Below are positions 12,501 to 24,700 of a stretch of DNA of 64,000 nucleotides, piece after piece. The position numbers and the translations under genes were made by a program. This stretch comes from Phoronis australis (Eukaryota; Animalia; Phoronida), in assembly GCA_002633005.1 (NCBI GenBank), contig NMRA01000525.1, forward strand, positions 142,857 to 206,856, in the 5' to 3' direction. Position 1 is the stretch's first letter; every line of letters begins with the position of its first letter. The notes beneath the pieces are model-generated. The model was not told where the DNA came from. It did not search any database and saw only the letters and a list, made by a program, of their open reading frames with translations.

Positions 12501-15140
12501 ATCCCACGTTCAACCCAAGAAGTGAACCACTTACCACTGATAAACTTGGTCTCAACCTATTCCTTAATCTGATGAAAAGAGATTTCTGAGTTCACAAAGA
12601 CCTGACAGTTCGTTATTCCTTGAGAAAATGCTCAGCATATGACATGATGTGCTGAGACAAGCCAACGTCTACAGCCTCAAATCTGACTAAAGAACAATTT
12701 CATAACGTCAAAATTTAGTTTTCTGATCGGAAGCCGGTTTACAGTCATTTTAAATGGAAAAAAATCAACAAAAACCGTCAATGTATCCATGGTCACCTGT
12801 TTAAAAACAAAAAGTTGAACAAGTAACAGTTATCTGTTTGCACTACTGTGCATTACTGTTGAACAAGTAACAGTTATCTGTTTGCACTACTGTGCATTAC
12901 TGTTGAACAAGTAACAGTTATCTGTTTGCACTACTGTGCATTACTGTTGAACAAGTAACAGTTATCTGTTTGCACTACTGTGCATTACTGTTGAAGTACG
13001 TGGGTAGATTGACCATTTAGTCTATTTGGTGCGGCCATCAGATTTCCAAGTAAAAAAAGGCTTTTTCTGTATTTTCGTCCAGCCATATGATTTAGCATTA
13101 TGGCAGAGCATTTCTAGTCCAGCCACATGATTTAGCATTATGGCAGAGCATTTCTAGTCCAGCCACATGATTTAGCATTATGGCAGAGCATTTCTAGTCC
13201 AGCCATATGATTTAGCATTATGGCAGAGCATTTCTAGTCCAGCCACATGATTTAGCATTATGGCAGAGCATTTCTAGTCCAGCCATATGATTTAGCATTA
13301 TGGCAGAGCATTTCTAGTCCAGCCACATGATTTAGCATTATGGCAGAGCATTTCTAGTCCAGCCATATGATTTAGCATTATGGCAGAGCATTTCTTGGTG
13401 AAGATAATAACATTATTCCCACCGCTTGAAAACTCTTCTAGTTATGATAAGCGTGTTTACTGGTGCACGACTGGCGCACGTGATATCGTCCCGGGTGTTC
13501 TCATTTTCCTTTGCCAGGCAGAACAATATGGCGTTTCTTAGAGGGAGTCAGCCCTCCTTTTAAGCAAACTGTGACAGAAAAAAGAAAAAATCACGAAGAC
13601 TATGTGGAAAACAAGAGAAGGCGTGGTTCCAAATCTGATTGGCAGAAAGGCCCTGGCACAGAAGACAGCATGCAATTTAAACAAAATGTAGTTTATGTGT
13701 TGGATGACATAGTCTTGCGAAGCCAGCCAGCTAACAGTGTGAAGACTATTGTCAAAATACAGCTAGGTACCATTGTGTGTTCAGCACCAACATACCTCAA
13801 AATTGTACACAGCCTGTGTAGTTCTGCCCGTCACCTCGCTGTGAAACTTGTATCAACATGTAGAGATAAAGACCAGTGGGGGTGCATGCAAAATCTGGGA
13901 GTCAACCAACACTCATCTTACTCGGCGAAAAAAGAAACTCATGCCAATAGGTGATCTAACATTTCACGAGGCGGAAAGCTGACGCTAAAGATCATACAAC
14001 AATTTTAACTGCAGAACAATGGTAAAACACCAATTTTTCCAACACCGGTAAATAATTTAGTGTACTCAAGGAAGAGTGTAGTTTTTAATGGCATTAATTT
14101 TGTGTCAGATTTTATCTGGTTAGTTCAAGGCTATGTCTTGTGTTGCTGGGAATTCATCAGCATCGAAAGTTTCTTGTTGGGACTTCTGCATTTTGTAAAA
14201 ATGATACTAGCCCTAATAGATGGTGACATCAACGCATAGAACAATCGTTTTTATTGATGTCAGCAGCAAGTTTGTGGTGACCGATACGAAAGGGCCGGGC
14301 GAGTGAACTTTGGGATGGGGCGAGTAGATTTTCTGGCTTACTCGCCCAGCTGGCGAGTGGGGTTTTGAAACTTGGGTACATCCCTGAGTTGACATGATTC
14401 TGCCATGGGAAATGACTTGGTAAACAAGTCGAATTGAAATACTGAAATTATGTGTGACCTTAAAGCTAAAATGTAAAGTCAAGACAACTTCCTCGCAGCA
14501 GGTGCCACTAGTCAGTTTTAAAAAAAGGAATTTGTTTTTCTTTCGATAGTTGTCTGGTAATTTGTAGCAAATCATAAGTTGTACTTACGATAAGCCTTCA
14601 ATGGCTATCTCAGAGGTAATACTCCATAAGTGGGTGGATGGTGTCTTCATTAAAAACAGCTCACGACTTGCCTTCATATTTGCCTGTCCTCAATCTTTAT
14701 AGGCCCGAGCAATTTTACTGATCAGACGTCAAAAGTGAGTGTGCAGTCTTCTGACATGCAAACAAGCCAAGTTTTAGAAAGTTGGAAATTACAAAAATGC
14801 AGTATTGACTTGACACTTTAACTACAGGTGAACTCCGAATACTGGAAACACCAACTGGGCACACCTAATTTCAAATATAAGGTAAACCTACTCATTGGCA
14901 TATTCCACACAAACCGGCAAGAGGGTCTGGATTCATCTGGTGAATTCCAGTTCAGTCCAGAATCCAGTAGCCCTTAGAGACAGTAGCATAGTTAGCATGC
15001 ACTCACCTCATGTTGTATGTCATCGTACCCAGTTCGACACCCAAACCAGACAAGGATCCATCAAAATCAGCTGCCAAACCTCCGTCGATGTCATCGACAC
15101 GCCAAGAGGCCGAAGACACACCGTGTTGTCCGACACTCAT
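455..15140 (-). CDS. TFCP2: CP2/LSF-family transcription factor (TFCP2/UBP1/TFCP2L1 orthologue); spliced, 3' end outside window
   Basis: Hand-spliced exons 15140-15007, 11462-11412, 11044-10968, 8470-8403, 7538-7433, 6205-5946, 4200-4090, 2502-2311, 1733-1640 and 545-455, all GT-AG with consistent phases. Translation includes [100 protein letters not shown] and the SAM-like [26 protein letters not shown], characteristic of the LSF/CP2 subfamily. Confidence 0.95.
1640..1733 (-). CDS. TFCP2: TFCP2-like coding exon 9 (SAM-like domain)
   Basis: [32 protein letters not shown]. Confidence 0.92.
2311..2502 (-). CDS. TFCP2: TFCP2-like coding exon 8 (Ser/Pro-rich linker)
   Basis: Open phase-0/0 exon [10 protein letters not shown]...PSTSLSG with CTAG acceptor and GTGAGT donor; low sequence conservation expected here. 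Confidence 0.78.
2575..2815. repeat. 51-bp minisatellite, ~4.7 copies
   Basis: gacagtatgcagccatgcaatgtacatgaatatgtgtgccaacaggatgat repeated; explains the five overlapping ORFs here. Confidence 0.95.
2875..3215 (-). repeat. Dispersed repeat copy (inverse copy at about 34303-34650)
   Basis: Shared blocks such as acttgtttttaagtgt, ttttctttaaaacc, cagttctccaggaagtca and aatatgcaaatgaa in opposite orientation. Confidence 0.8.
4090..4200 (-). CDS. TFCP2: TFCP2-like coding exon 7
   Basis: [37 protein letters not shown]. Confidence 0.95.
5141..5556. repeat. ~81-bp minisatellite, ~5 copies
   Basis: accagactgtcctaccactttcgatgatttttt...caatcccaca in tandem. Confidence 0.95.
5946..6205 (-). CDS. TFCP2: TFCP2-like coding exon 6
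   Basis: [12 protein letters not shown]...[24 protein letters not shown]...CQVKVFK; core DNA-binding region. Confidence 0.95.
6171..6390. repeat. 55-bp tandem repeat x4 overlapping the TFCP2 exon 6 acceptor
   Basis: The unit contains the pyrimidine tract, the AG and the first ~11 codons of the exon. Confidence 0.95.
7433..7538 (-). CDS. TFCP2: TFCP2-like coding exon 5
   Basis: [35 protein letters not shown]. Confidence 0.93.
8403..8470 (-). CDS. TFCP2: TFCP2-like coding exon 4
   Basis: [22 protein letters not shown] with canonical splice sites. Confidence 0.92.
8640..9908. mobile_element. DINE-1/HINE (Helentron-associated)-like non-autonomous element with internal ~143-bp subrepeats
   Basis: Starts aacaagag and ends in a short hairpin (ccacaaataaatatgtgg) plus an A-run. 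Internal higher-order repeats. An inverted partial copy at 30062-30502 has a GTCY-like microsatellite tract. Confidence 0.6.
10968..11044 (-). CDS. TFCP2: TFCP2-like coding exon 3
   Basis: [26 protein letters not shown]; start of the CP2 domain. Confidence 0.93.
11412..11462 (-). CDS. TFCP2: TFCP2-like coding exon 2
   Basis: [17 protein letters not shown]; TTTTTAG acceptor, GTAAG donor. Confidence 0.85.
12814..12994. repeat. 44-bp minisatellite x4
   Basis: gttgaacaagtaacagttatctgtttgcactactgtgcattact, perfect copies. Confidence 0.95.
13077..13395. repeat. 40-bp minisatellite x8
   Basis: gtccagccaYatgatttagcattatggcagagcatttcta. Confidence 0.95.
13460..14386 (+). mobile_element. Degenerate hAT-like DNA transposon remnant
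   Basis: ORF start [10 protein letters not shown]...[15 protein letters not shown]...SDWQKG resembles N-termini of ZNF862/hAT-type transposases. The right end has ggcgagt subterminal repeats and ends in catccctg. Confidence 0.35.
15007..15140 (-). CDS. TFCP2: TFCP2-like coding exon 1
   Basis: [45 protein letters not shown]; donor AG|GTGAGT. A probable UTR acceptor lies near 15249. Confidence 0.9.
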
Positions 15141-15249
15141 ACTGCACACCTAGTCAGTTGTTGACTCGACAGACACGTCGCGTCTCAAGCAGCAGTGTGT
15201 AGCCAAGAAATTCGACTTGTCTGATGATTCTGTTGTGCGAAGAATGGTC

Positions 15250-15688
15250 TGAAAACAAAATCATAAACTCTGATTAAGATTCTTTCCACCACCAGGGATG
15301 AAAATGATAAAGTAAACTTCCTTGGATTGAAAATGAGAACTAGGCCACTTCTAGGTTTCGAGTCGCACCTTGTTTTTCTCCAAATGACCTGTTTACGATT
15401 ACCGAAAAGTGGTCGACGACGTTGAATTAATTTTTATAATTTGTGAAATTCTTTGTTGTTTATAATATTCAATTTTCATTTCTACCATATTCAGCGATTT
15501 CTCGCTATCTAATTATCAAAACAGATATATACAAAATAATTGAAATATTTTTTGATTACACATGCGTCGATCTCATAACTTCCGGACACACCGCGTCAGG
15601 AAAAGTGGAAGCGAACAGTTTTGTTGCAGCAATGATTTCATCGCACTAAACCAAATCTTATGATCCTGTGAATATCCTACAGAACACA
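15250..15688. promoter_or_regulatory. Bidirectional promoter / 5' UTR region shared by TFCP2-like and Rheb
   Basis: Divergent ATGs at 15140 (-) and 15689 (+); locally CpG-richer; ETS-like CTTCCGG near 15579; possible non-coding TFCP2 first-exon donor at about 15368. Confidence 0.7.
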
Positions 15689-15737
15689 ATGCCCCCGAAG
15701 CAGCGAAAAATTGCGATAATGGGATTTCGATCTGTTG
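15689..15737 (+). CDS. RHEB: Rheb exon 1
   Basis: MPPKQRKIAIMGFRSVG|gtaag. Confidence 0.95.
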
Positions 15738-18700
15738 GTAAGCCTTTAAATTTCCATCACTTTTGCACTGCTGTGTGTATGTGTTCTGTGACTGTGTGTA
15801 TGACTGTGCGACTGGCCCTGGCCTTGGCCTCGGTGCAAAGCTTTATACTACTAAATATACAGCTTTCCGCCGATATGTATAAAAAACTACACCATCTGAC
15901 TCAAAATTAGTGTCATTAGAAAGTTCATACTTCCATGACTAAACTAAATTATTTACTGCACCAGAGTTGGAAAAAATGGCGTTCTAAGTTCTAACTTCTA
16001 CCGTTATTAGGGAGGACAACGATTTTTAATTTTTTTTTACAATATCCATGTGTCATACATTTTTGAAAAGCCCTTGGTGTGAGAAATGAAATGGTGCAAA
16101 AATCAGAAAAATTGGATGAGCGGTTGACGAGAAAATGGCCGTTGAAATGTGACGATAATGCGTAAAATATCTGCCTTTTTACCTAATTTCGTAAAAAATA
16201 AAAGAATATACATGTGCTGCATATAAAAAGATTCGTCTCATTGAGACAAACATGGTGGTGTGTATTACATAACTTTTGGATCGATTTCTACAGAGATATT
16301 GCTGTTTAAGTGCGTTGTTATAGCATCAGGCTCATGTTTGATGAAAACAATGGATTACAAAGCTTAAAAGGTAAAGAGCAAAGACACCACATCAGCTCAG
16401 AAATAAATACATCTGAGCTAGGAAGAAATTTCACATCAAATCACAAGATCACATTGGTGGATTTGGGGGGGCAAGGGGGCCTGGCCCGTGGCCCCTCTAA
16501 AACTCCCATATTTCATTTGGCAGTTTGAGGGTGCAAATATCTTACGGGTAAATTCCTGCGTAATACTCTGCCTTAACACCCCCTCCTATCTAAAAATCCT
16601 AGATCTGCCCCTGAATACTACTACATGGGCAACACATGATTGCCTGACAGTGACAGGGGGCTGGGGGATAGCTAGTCCCCCACTTTTTTCAGTGCTGGGT
16701 GCCACCCATGTACTATTAGATCGTATCATGGCAAAAAACATCAGGAAGTAGACAAAAGACCATTTGGGAAAACAAATCACTCTTAACATGAAGGGTTTTA
16801 TCATTTACGCAACAAAAACTTTGTAACAACTTTATTTCGAACGGTGAAGTTGCGATGCCATTGAACTTCAACGTAGCCGCTGGTGGCGCTGACATGCGGC
16901 GACTTAGTGAACTAACGACTGCTGTTTGAAAAGTGCCAATGCGCAGCAGTTTGACAGAATTTCTGAAAATGAAATAATTACCAATTAAAAGACTGATAAA
17001 TTCCTCATCTAAAAATCGGGGGGGCATATTGCGCAACTGGAAAAATATCAATCTCCCGACCGACCAAAATTAGGCCTTCCGGACGATCGAAAACTCGCCA
17101 TGAAAACTTGGCCTTGACTTCGAGAAAACAACTCGAGGAGATGCGCACGCATCTAAACTACATCCTGTCCAAATTTCATGTTTGTATTTGAGAGTATAGT
17201 GCTCTTTTGGATAGGAGGAACAAGAGGTACTTTTTCGAAAGTTGATCGTATGGCGGAAAATCGTGCGCTAAAAAAAGCTTAGAAAAAATGATTTATCAGC
17301 GATAATTTGAGACAAAAAGATTAAAAATTTACAAATAAAGACTAAGGTAACGATTTATAACACAAAATTGTCTTATAGTTAACTTTAAAGTCTGAAATCG
17401 GGTAATTTACCGACGTGGGTTTTACACGGAGGCAGATATGGAGCACCGTGACCTACTTTTTGATTGTCCTCCCTACCGTTATTCTGCTGCCTAAAATTGT
17501 GATGCGGTCTTTTGCGTCGGCGTCTGGCACCATGAAAGATTGCTTCACCTTTTGGCCAGTTTCTTTTTTCCTGCGATTCTTCAACTGTTCTTCTCTTCCA
17601 CGGGGTTGCGTACATGTCGCAACAAATTATTGGAACTTTTCATTTTGTTGTAGTTTTTAGTATTTTAATTCCAGCAAACCGAATTTCATCTCCTGAGAAA
17701 TGTTGTATAATTTTAGGAAATGGTGTGTACGCGTGTCACAAGCGTACTGTTTTCAAAACAATGACAGACTTTTCTTTGTTACCAAAGGCGAAGAATTGTG
17801 CAATAAAATGACGTTTATTAGATTGTTTTTCACTTAAACGGCTGAATTCGGCAAGGTGAGTGTCGGTTGGCCTTAAGATTTTGCATGCACCCCCCCCCCC
17901 CACCGCCAGTTGAAAAATGCGAGTTTTTTGGGTTTTTTTAGTTACAGGCGGTCTTATACATGTTGTAACAGACGTGCGCAGGCCTCGCATGTGGGCCCAT
18001 TGCACTGATTACTTGGAAATATTTGTATGCTTTATTAATATATGGTTAAAACCGAGCTGAGGAGCTAGAAACCTGGCTCAAGGGTTCGGCATTGTGACCC
18101 AGTGGGACTCGAACCCACGACCTCGAGTAAAGAAAGCGGGCACTTATCAACCAGGCCACACGGCCTCCTCTAAGTGAAATGTGGTTGGTCTGTTGTGACA
18201 TTGTTCCAGGCCCGATCAAAAATTCCGCTGCTTTATGCTAATTAGGTCATTCCAGTATAGGACAGTGGACATCCGTCACACTAGAATAAGCGACCATTTT
18301 GCACACAGCAATGTGATAACAATCATCTATGCAAAGCAGTTTACACGTCACTTCAATGCTGGTTGATAGTTACTCTGAAATTCAGAAAACGAATAAAGTT
18401 GAGTGTTGTTGCAGTTTTTTATTAATAACACGAAACAGCTGTCTGGAATGTATGAGAATGCGTCGGCCATTTTAGAGTGAGATCTAGCTGCCTGTCATTG
18501 AGAATAAGAAGTAAAGACTGAGCTATTTATAGCACATCACCATCTTAAAGTTGAGAATAAAAAGTAAAGACTGAGCTATTTATAGCACATCAGCATCTTA
18601 AAGTTTCACCAATGAAAAGTTACAGCTATTTGGTAACTATATTTATCTGAATCATTCACGTGAAGTTATGTAGAAGCTCAGAAATCAATCAACAAGCATT

Positions 18701-21700
18701 AATTCCGATACGATCTGCCCGAATTGGAATTCCAACATGGTCCTGGATCTTATTACGGTAGAATATTCTAGTATGGCACTGATTCCAATATGGTGCTGAT
18801 TCCAATGTGGCACTGATTCCAATATGGCGCTGATTCCAATATGGCGCTGATTCTAATGTGGTGCTGATTCCAGTATGGCACTGATTCCAATATGGCGCTG
18901 ATTCCAGTATGGCGCTGATTCCAATATGGCGCTGATTCCAATATGGCGCTGAATAACATTAAGTTAGATGCACGTGTTCTAACAACAAGAGTGACTCTTT
19001 TTGTCCTTGTAATTAGTTATTCAGTCACCAGGCTCACAAAAACTTTTGACCATGGGGTACTAGTATGACAGTATGTAACATAGGCTTCTCACTGGTTCAC
19101 TTTGCACATCATTGAGCCTTCATGCACTCTTTTCACCCTGTTTAATTTTGTTTATCTAGTTAGTGTTAACAAATATCTTACCACGTATTGTGTAAAACCC
19201 ACTGGGGCATATGGCTAATTGCACAGTGTTACCAGCTTGCATGGCACACACACACACAGACACAAATACACAAAGAAATTGTATTTGACATGCCAACTGA
19301 TTGGTTGGTAAACATTACCCTTAACTGATAACAAAGGAGTTGTCCTAGTTTGTGTTATGTAATCAACACCTGGTGTGAGGCTGTTTGGAGCTAATCTGTA
19401 CCAAGTCCATTATTGTGGACAACACTTAAACCTATTGTGTGGTAACTAACAGGTTATAAATACCAATTTTGAGTGCTGGGACAGTGTTGACATGCTTTCA
19501 ACCATTAGGGACTATTTTGGTGCTATTGGCAAGAGATGAAAAACTCTGACTCATGACTTAAATGATGCCTCAACAGCCAGAGGTGTTAGTTACAGGCAAT
19601 CCATTACCTGCTGGTGTAGTCAATGGTCCACAATCTGTTTTGACTCCTCACTGTGTCGAGTTGAGTTTATTTGTAACACGTTAGAATGACTTGCCTCGAT
19701 TTTGAAAACCGATGCAATGGTATTGGGGGATTAGTCAGTTCTTAACACACAAACTCCCTTCAGTACGAACATGGACTTTCGAACACGTACATGAATTTTG
19801 TAATTCCAGTCGAAATCTTCACTATTACTTCGAAATCCAGATTGACTTATGAGACCGTATATATCATATGCTGGTACAGTAATAGGGCAACACCGAGGCC
19901 TTCATGTAGCATACGTCCTGGGCGTCCATTTGGACGCTCTAGCACTAATCTGCACGAACTGGCCAAGACGCCCAATGTATCATTTGGATGCCCTGTCAAT
20001 CAGAATTTCTCCCCTTTGAACACCCACATTGTAAGACTACTAGGACTCTCAGTTGATGAAAGAGAGAATTTGGCTCTTTCAACTTAGAAAGAAATATACA
20101 ATGCATTTAAAATGTTCTGTTCAAACTATTTGCAAAGTATTTAGTAGACCTGTCAATCGTTAGCAGGTGTTTGGTTACCAGAGTGTCTCTGCTTTCAGTG
20201 ATCTCATATCCCACTGCAATTCAGTACTTTAAATAGGGACACCGACCTTCATTAACTCCAAACTGGTGTTTCAAAGCTGTAGTTTCATGTTTTTCATCTC
20301 TTTTTAAATGTCATTATTTTAATAATACGATGTGCCACAAGAATATACCCATTTAAAGTGTTTGAGTTTGTGCCCGTTTCATGCTTTTCTACATGTGTCT
20401 TAATATATGGAGGAGTAGTGACACCTGTTGCTAAAATATAAACTACACGTCATCTGTGTATTTTTCTTGTGTTGGTAACTGCAGCTTTGATGACTCATTG
20501 TACAGAATATAAAGCTAGTAAAGATGACATGATAAACTTTATAACAGCAATTTGACTTGAGATCACCAAAAACGGTGCACTCATCATTCAACCAATATCT
20601 GTTTCGTAAGCTACTTGGCTGTTTTCATAAATTTAGACATAAAAGTCTCGATCCGCACAGTTTCTTTAGTAAAAAGGTCACTACAAGGAAGCTGTTTTTG
20701 TAAACTTAGGTGTAAAAGCCTTGTTCAATGCATTTTTGGTAAAAACCTCACTATGTGTGTGTGGTTAGAGGGGTTAGTGGTGAATGGTGGTAACGCGTCA
20801 TTGAAATCATGGACGCCCTAGAATATTGGGAACTCCGTTTTGTGCAGGTCTTCATGCAGCATACGTCCATTTGGACACCCTAGCACTAAACTGGATGCCC
20901 TGGCAAGGAGCCGAATGTATCATTTGGATGCCCAGGGTCAATATGAATTTCTCCAATTTGGACACCCACATTGTACAAGTACTAGGACTCCCAGTTAAGG
21001 ACAGATTCATGACAGTTCAAAAGAGAAGTATTGGCCCTTTCAACTCAGAAAGAAACGAACAATACTTGTAGACTGTTGCTATGTGAGAAGACATGTCAGT
21101 CATTAGTAGAGGTTTGGTTGCAGTCTCTGCATTCAGTGGTCTTATCTCAAATTATAATTCAGTACTTAATACAGGGGCATGGATCTTGGTTAACTCCAAA
21201 CTGGTGTTTCAGAGCTGTAGTTTCATGTTTTACATATTTTTTTTAAAAACACCAAAAGAGGAAATAAATGTCATTATTTTAATACTATATTGTGCCACAA
21301 GAATATGCCAATTTAAAATTTTTGAGTTTGCGCCCGTTTCATGCTTTTCAATATGCGTAATGTTTTAATGTGGAGAAGCAGGGACACCTGTTGCCAAAAT
21401 ATAAACCACACATAATCTGTGCATTTTTCTTGTGTTGGTAACTGCAGCTCTGATGACTCTTTGTACAGAATATAAAAGCTAGTTAAAATGATATGATAAA
21501 CTTTATAACAGCAATTTGACTTGAGATCACCAAAAACATAGTGCACTCATTGTTCAACCAATATCTGTAATATTTGTTTGGTAAGCTACTTGGCTATTTT
21601 CGTAAATTTAGACATCGAAGTTTTGGTCCACACACTGTTTTTAGTAAAAAAATTCAATACAGGGCAGATGTTTTTGTAAACTTAAATGTAAAAGCCTTGG

Positions 21701-24700
21701 TTAACACATTTTTGTAAAAACCTCACTGTATGTGGGGGTATTGCTGGTGAAAAGTGGTGGGGGGTGGGGGTAACGCGCTGTTGGAATCATGGACGCCCTG
21801 GAATATTGGGGATCCCATTTTGGACACCCTATTTTTGAAATCCTGGATGAAGCCCTGCGCCTGTGTATGAGTCACGCACAGGTAATTAAGGTGCATTCCA
21901 CGGTATTTGTGCCATGGACTTAAAAATTTCAAATCAGCCTTTTAACTTTCATTTTGATGTTTACACATAGTTTAATCATTGAATTTTGTTGTCTGCAGGT
22001 CCATTTTCTGTTAGTCTTAGAAATTTTGCTTTTATCGGAAGGTTTATCTCTTATTTGTAAAATTTTGCGTTACAGATGTGACATAACTTTTTTCATAATT
22101 TTTTCTACAGACATGAAGAAATAAATGCCAAAATTGTTTTAATATATCATTTGCTACACAAGAAGTATACTAACAGTTGAAACTACCTGATTTTTTGATA
22201 ATTAGTATTTCCAATTAAACTTTCAAATTAGTGAAAGTCACATCTGTAACATTTAAGTAACAAAAGTTTTGATTTTAGGAAAAAAAGTAAATCAATTTTA
22301 ACACAATTTAATTTTCTCTTTATTCACCCTAATCAACATAATTTAGCAAAATTTCTCAAATGTATCTCAATCCAGTTCCAAAAAAATCAAAAAACATTTC
22401 AAGTCACATCTGTAACAGTTTGTTACAGATGTGACATGATGTAAGAAATGTGACCATCTTTTGCAGCCACTAAGTAAAGATTTACTTTTCATGACTCAAT
22501 TTTTAAAAGGTGTGTATGATTAATTTGAACAAATATCTATGAAGAATTGTTAAAGCCACTGTTAATCATCTACTGAGCCAAGTACTCCCCGTTTAGCGAT
22601 AGTTCACGGCTAACAGTAACGTCGACACACACTGTGGTGAAGAACACATGCACTGAAGGTCCCCTTCATTCACTATAGCAACCAGCTGAAAAATCCACAA
22701 ACTTCACCCAAAGCACAAGCTGAAAATCTGCCCACTTCACCGGAGGCATATCCCCCTTCATCTGAGGGACTGATCAGTGTTTTTTCTGTCAGTGATTTTG
22801 TGGTTGTTGAGTTCCGAGGTATTCGTTTCAAGCAAGATGTTCCATGAAAACTGGTATTACGGTGTTAAGCAGATAGACCAGAGTCAAAAACGTACTACCG
22901 CACCTTCAAAACAGCTTACCAGCCCGAAAAACACAAGAAAATAGTGCCTTTATTAGCACTCTGTGTTCATACGATTTGTGTGATGTTTCACTAATTTTAT
23001 ATTGGAATTTAAAGTGTCTGAATGTCACATCTGTAACAAAACCAATACTGTGGAATACACCTTAATGCGTTCACCTGCTTGTTCTACCCTAGGATGTGAG
23101 CCTGTGCGGAATGTTGGGCCCAAGCGGGGGAACTGGTCATTACAGCTATTTTAATTTTTTGTTTTAAAACTAAACAAATCTTGGATGGAGCGGTGAATAT
23201 TTGCACAGTTCACCATAGGTTTGTCACTTCTGGTATTTCATCTTGAGCTCTATGTGTCGTTTGTAGGGGCCAAGGCTTTTGTAGGGGCCAAGGCTTTTGT
23301 AGGGGCCAAGGCTTTTGTAGGGGCCAAGGCTTTTTGTAGGGGCCAAGGCTTTTGTAGGGGCCAAGGCTTTTGCAACCCCAGTACAAGGTTTCCTGAAGTG
23401 ACCTAGGTACCCGTTTGGGGTCCTGGGAATTTGCCAGGTTGCATTTGTAATGGGTAGTGTCAAGCCCTGGTTGTAAAGCTGAGCTTGCATAAAATATGAC
23501 TGTCAGTAATCTCCATATTGCCGTTCTTTCCAAGAGTTCTGTTTTATTGCTGAAATAGAACTCCCACTGTGTCCGCTAGTTTCATGTCGAAAGTTGTGTA
23601 AAAGCAGCAAAAGGTTTACGAGTGGAAGATAAAGTTCTCGGGCACTTTTACGGTAACGCAAGTGTAAATTGGTGGTGGGCGTTACGGGAGTTGTTGTGGG
23701 TAGATGTTTTGTCTTTTTTGGATCGGTGGTGCCATCTTGGGGGTATATTGCTTTGAGTACCCTTTTTCCCACGGCACTCAATTTGGCCTGTCCCCGATGT
23801 TGTACATTTCATAGGGGAGCAGTCTGATTATAATCGTCTTTATTTCAGGAAAGTCGTCTCTGACTATACAGTTTGTGGAGGGCCAGTTTGTCGACTCCTA
23901 CGACCCGACAATAGAAAACAGTGAGTAGTTGTAGCTGAATTGATTCATTTCTGTACAACAGTGAGTAGTTGTACCTGAATTGATTCATTACTGTACAACA
24001 GTGAGTAGTTGTAGCTGAATTGATTCATTTCTGTACAACAGTGAGTAGTTGTACCTGAATTGATTCATTTCTGTACAACAGTGAGTAGTTGTAGCTGAAT
24101 TGATTCATTTCTGTACAACAGTGAGTAGTTGTAGCTGAATTGATTCATTCTGTACAAAACCGTTGGTTGGCCTGCTTCGTCATTCTGTCTGCCCACCACA
24201 CTGGACTAAAGTGGACAGGGTGCACTGCAGTGATGTCATTGTTCAATTATCGCTTGTACTGCTGGTGAGCTATTTCTACTCTTGCAACTATTGTTTAGCG
24301 TCGACTGTTTAGCGTCGACTGTTTAGCGTCGACTGTTTCTGCTAACTTTGCCAAGACCTTGCTAGTACTTGGTGAAGTCACTCATAACATTCAAAATCAA
24401 ATGTCGAATTAAGAAGGTTTCCGATTAACCGACTCTGAAAAAATCCTATTCCTACCACTGCTAACTACTGTACAGTAAATATTTTCACAAACTCCATTAC
24501 CGTGATTGCTCTCATTTTTACCAATGGTTGCTTGGTGATGGCTACATTAATGTTGCTTTATTTCAGCATTTAACAAGACCATCCGAATGAAGGGTGGGGA
24601 CTACCAGCTACAGTTGGTCGATACAGCTGGACAGGTAGGGATTACTGCATTGATAGGACTGTAATAACATCGAAGAGTCATGAGACACAAAATGTTTGCC

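Noticed and set aside
12814-13395. Regular 40-44-bp repeats resembling a CRISPR array
   Set aside because: Head-to-tail copies with no unique spacers, no cas genes and a eukaryotic intron context.
18093-18165. Functional tRNA gene
   Set aside because: A and B boxes are present, but the acceptor and anticodon stems do not pair well; better explained as a SINE head or pseudogene.
23210-23533. Repetitive ORFs (KPWPLQ / GAKAFV / KSLGPY)
   Set aside because: Translations of an 18-bp minisatellite in Rheb intron 1.
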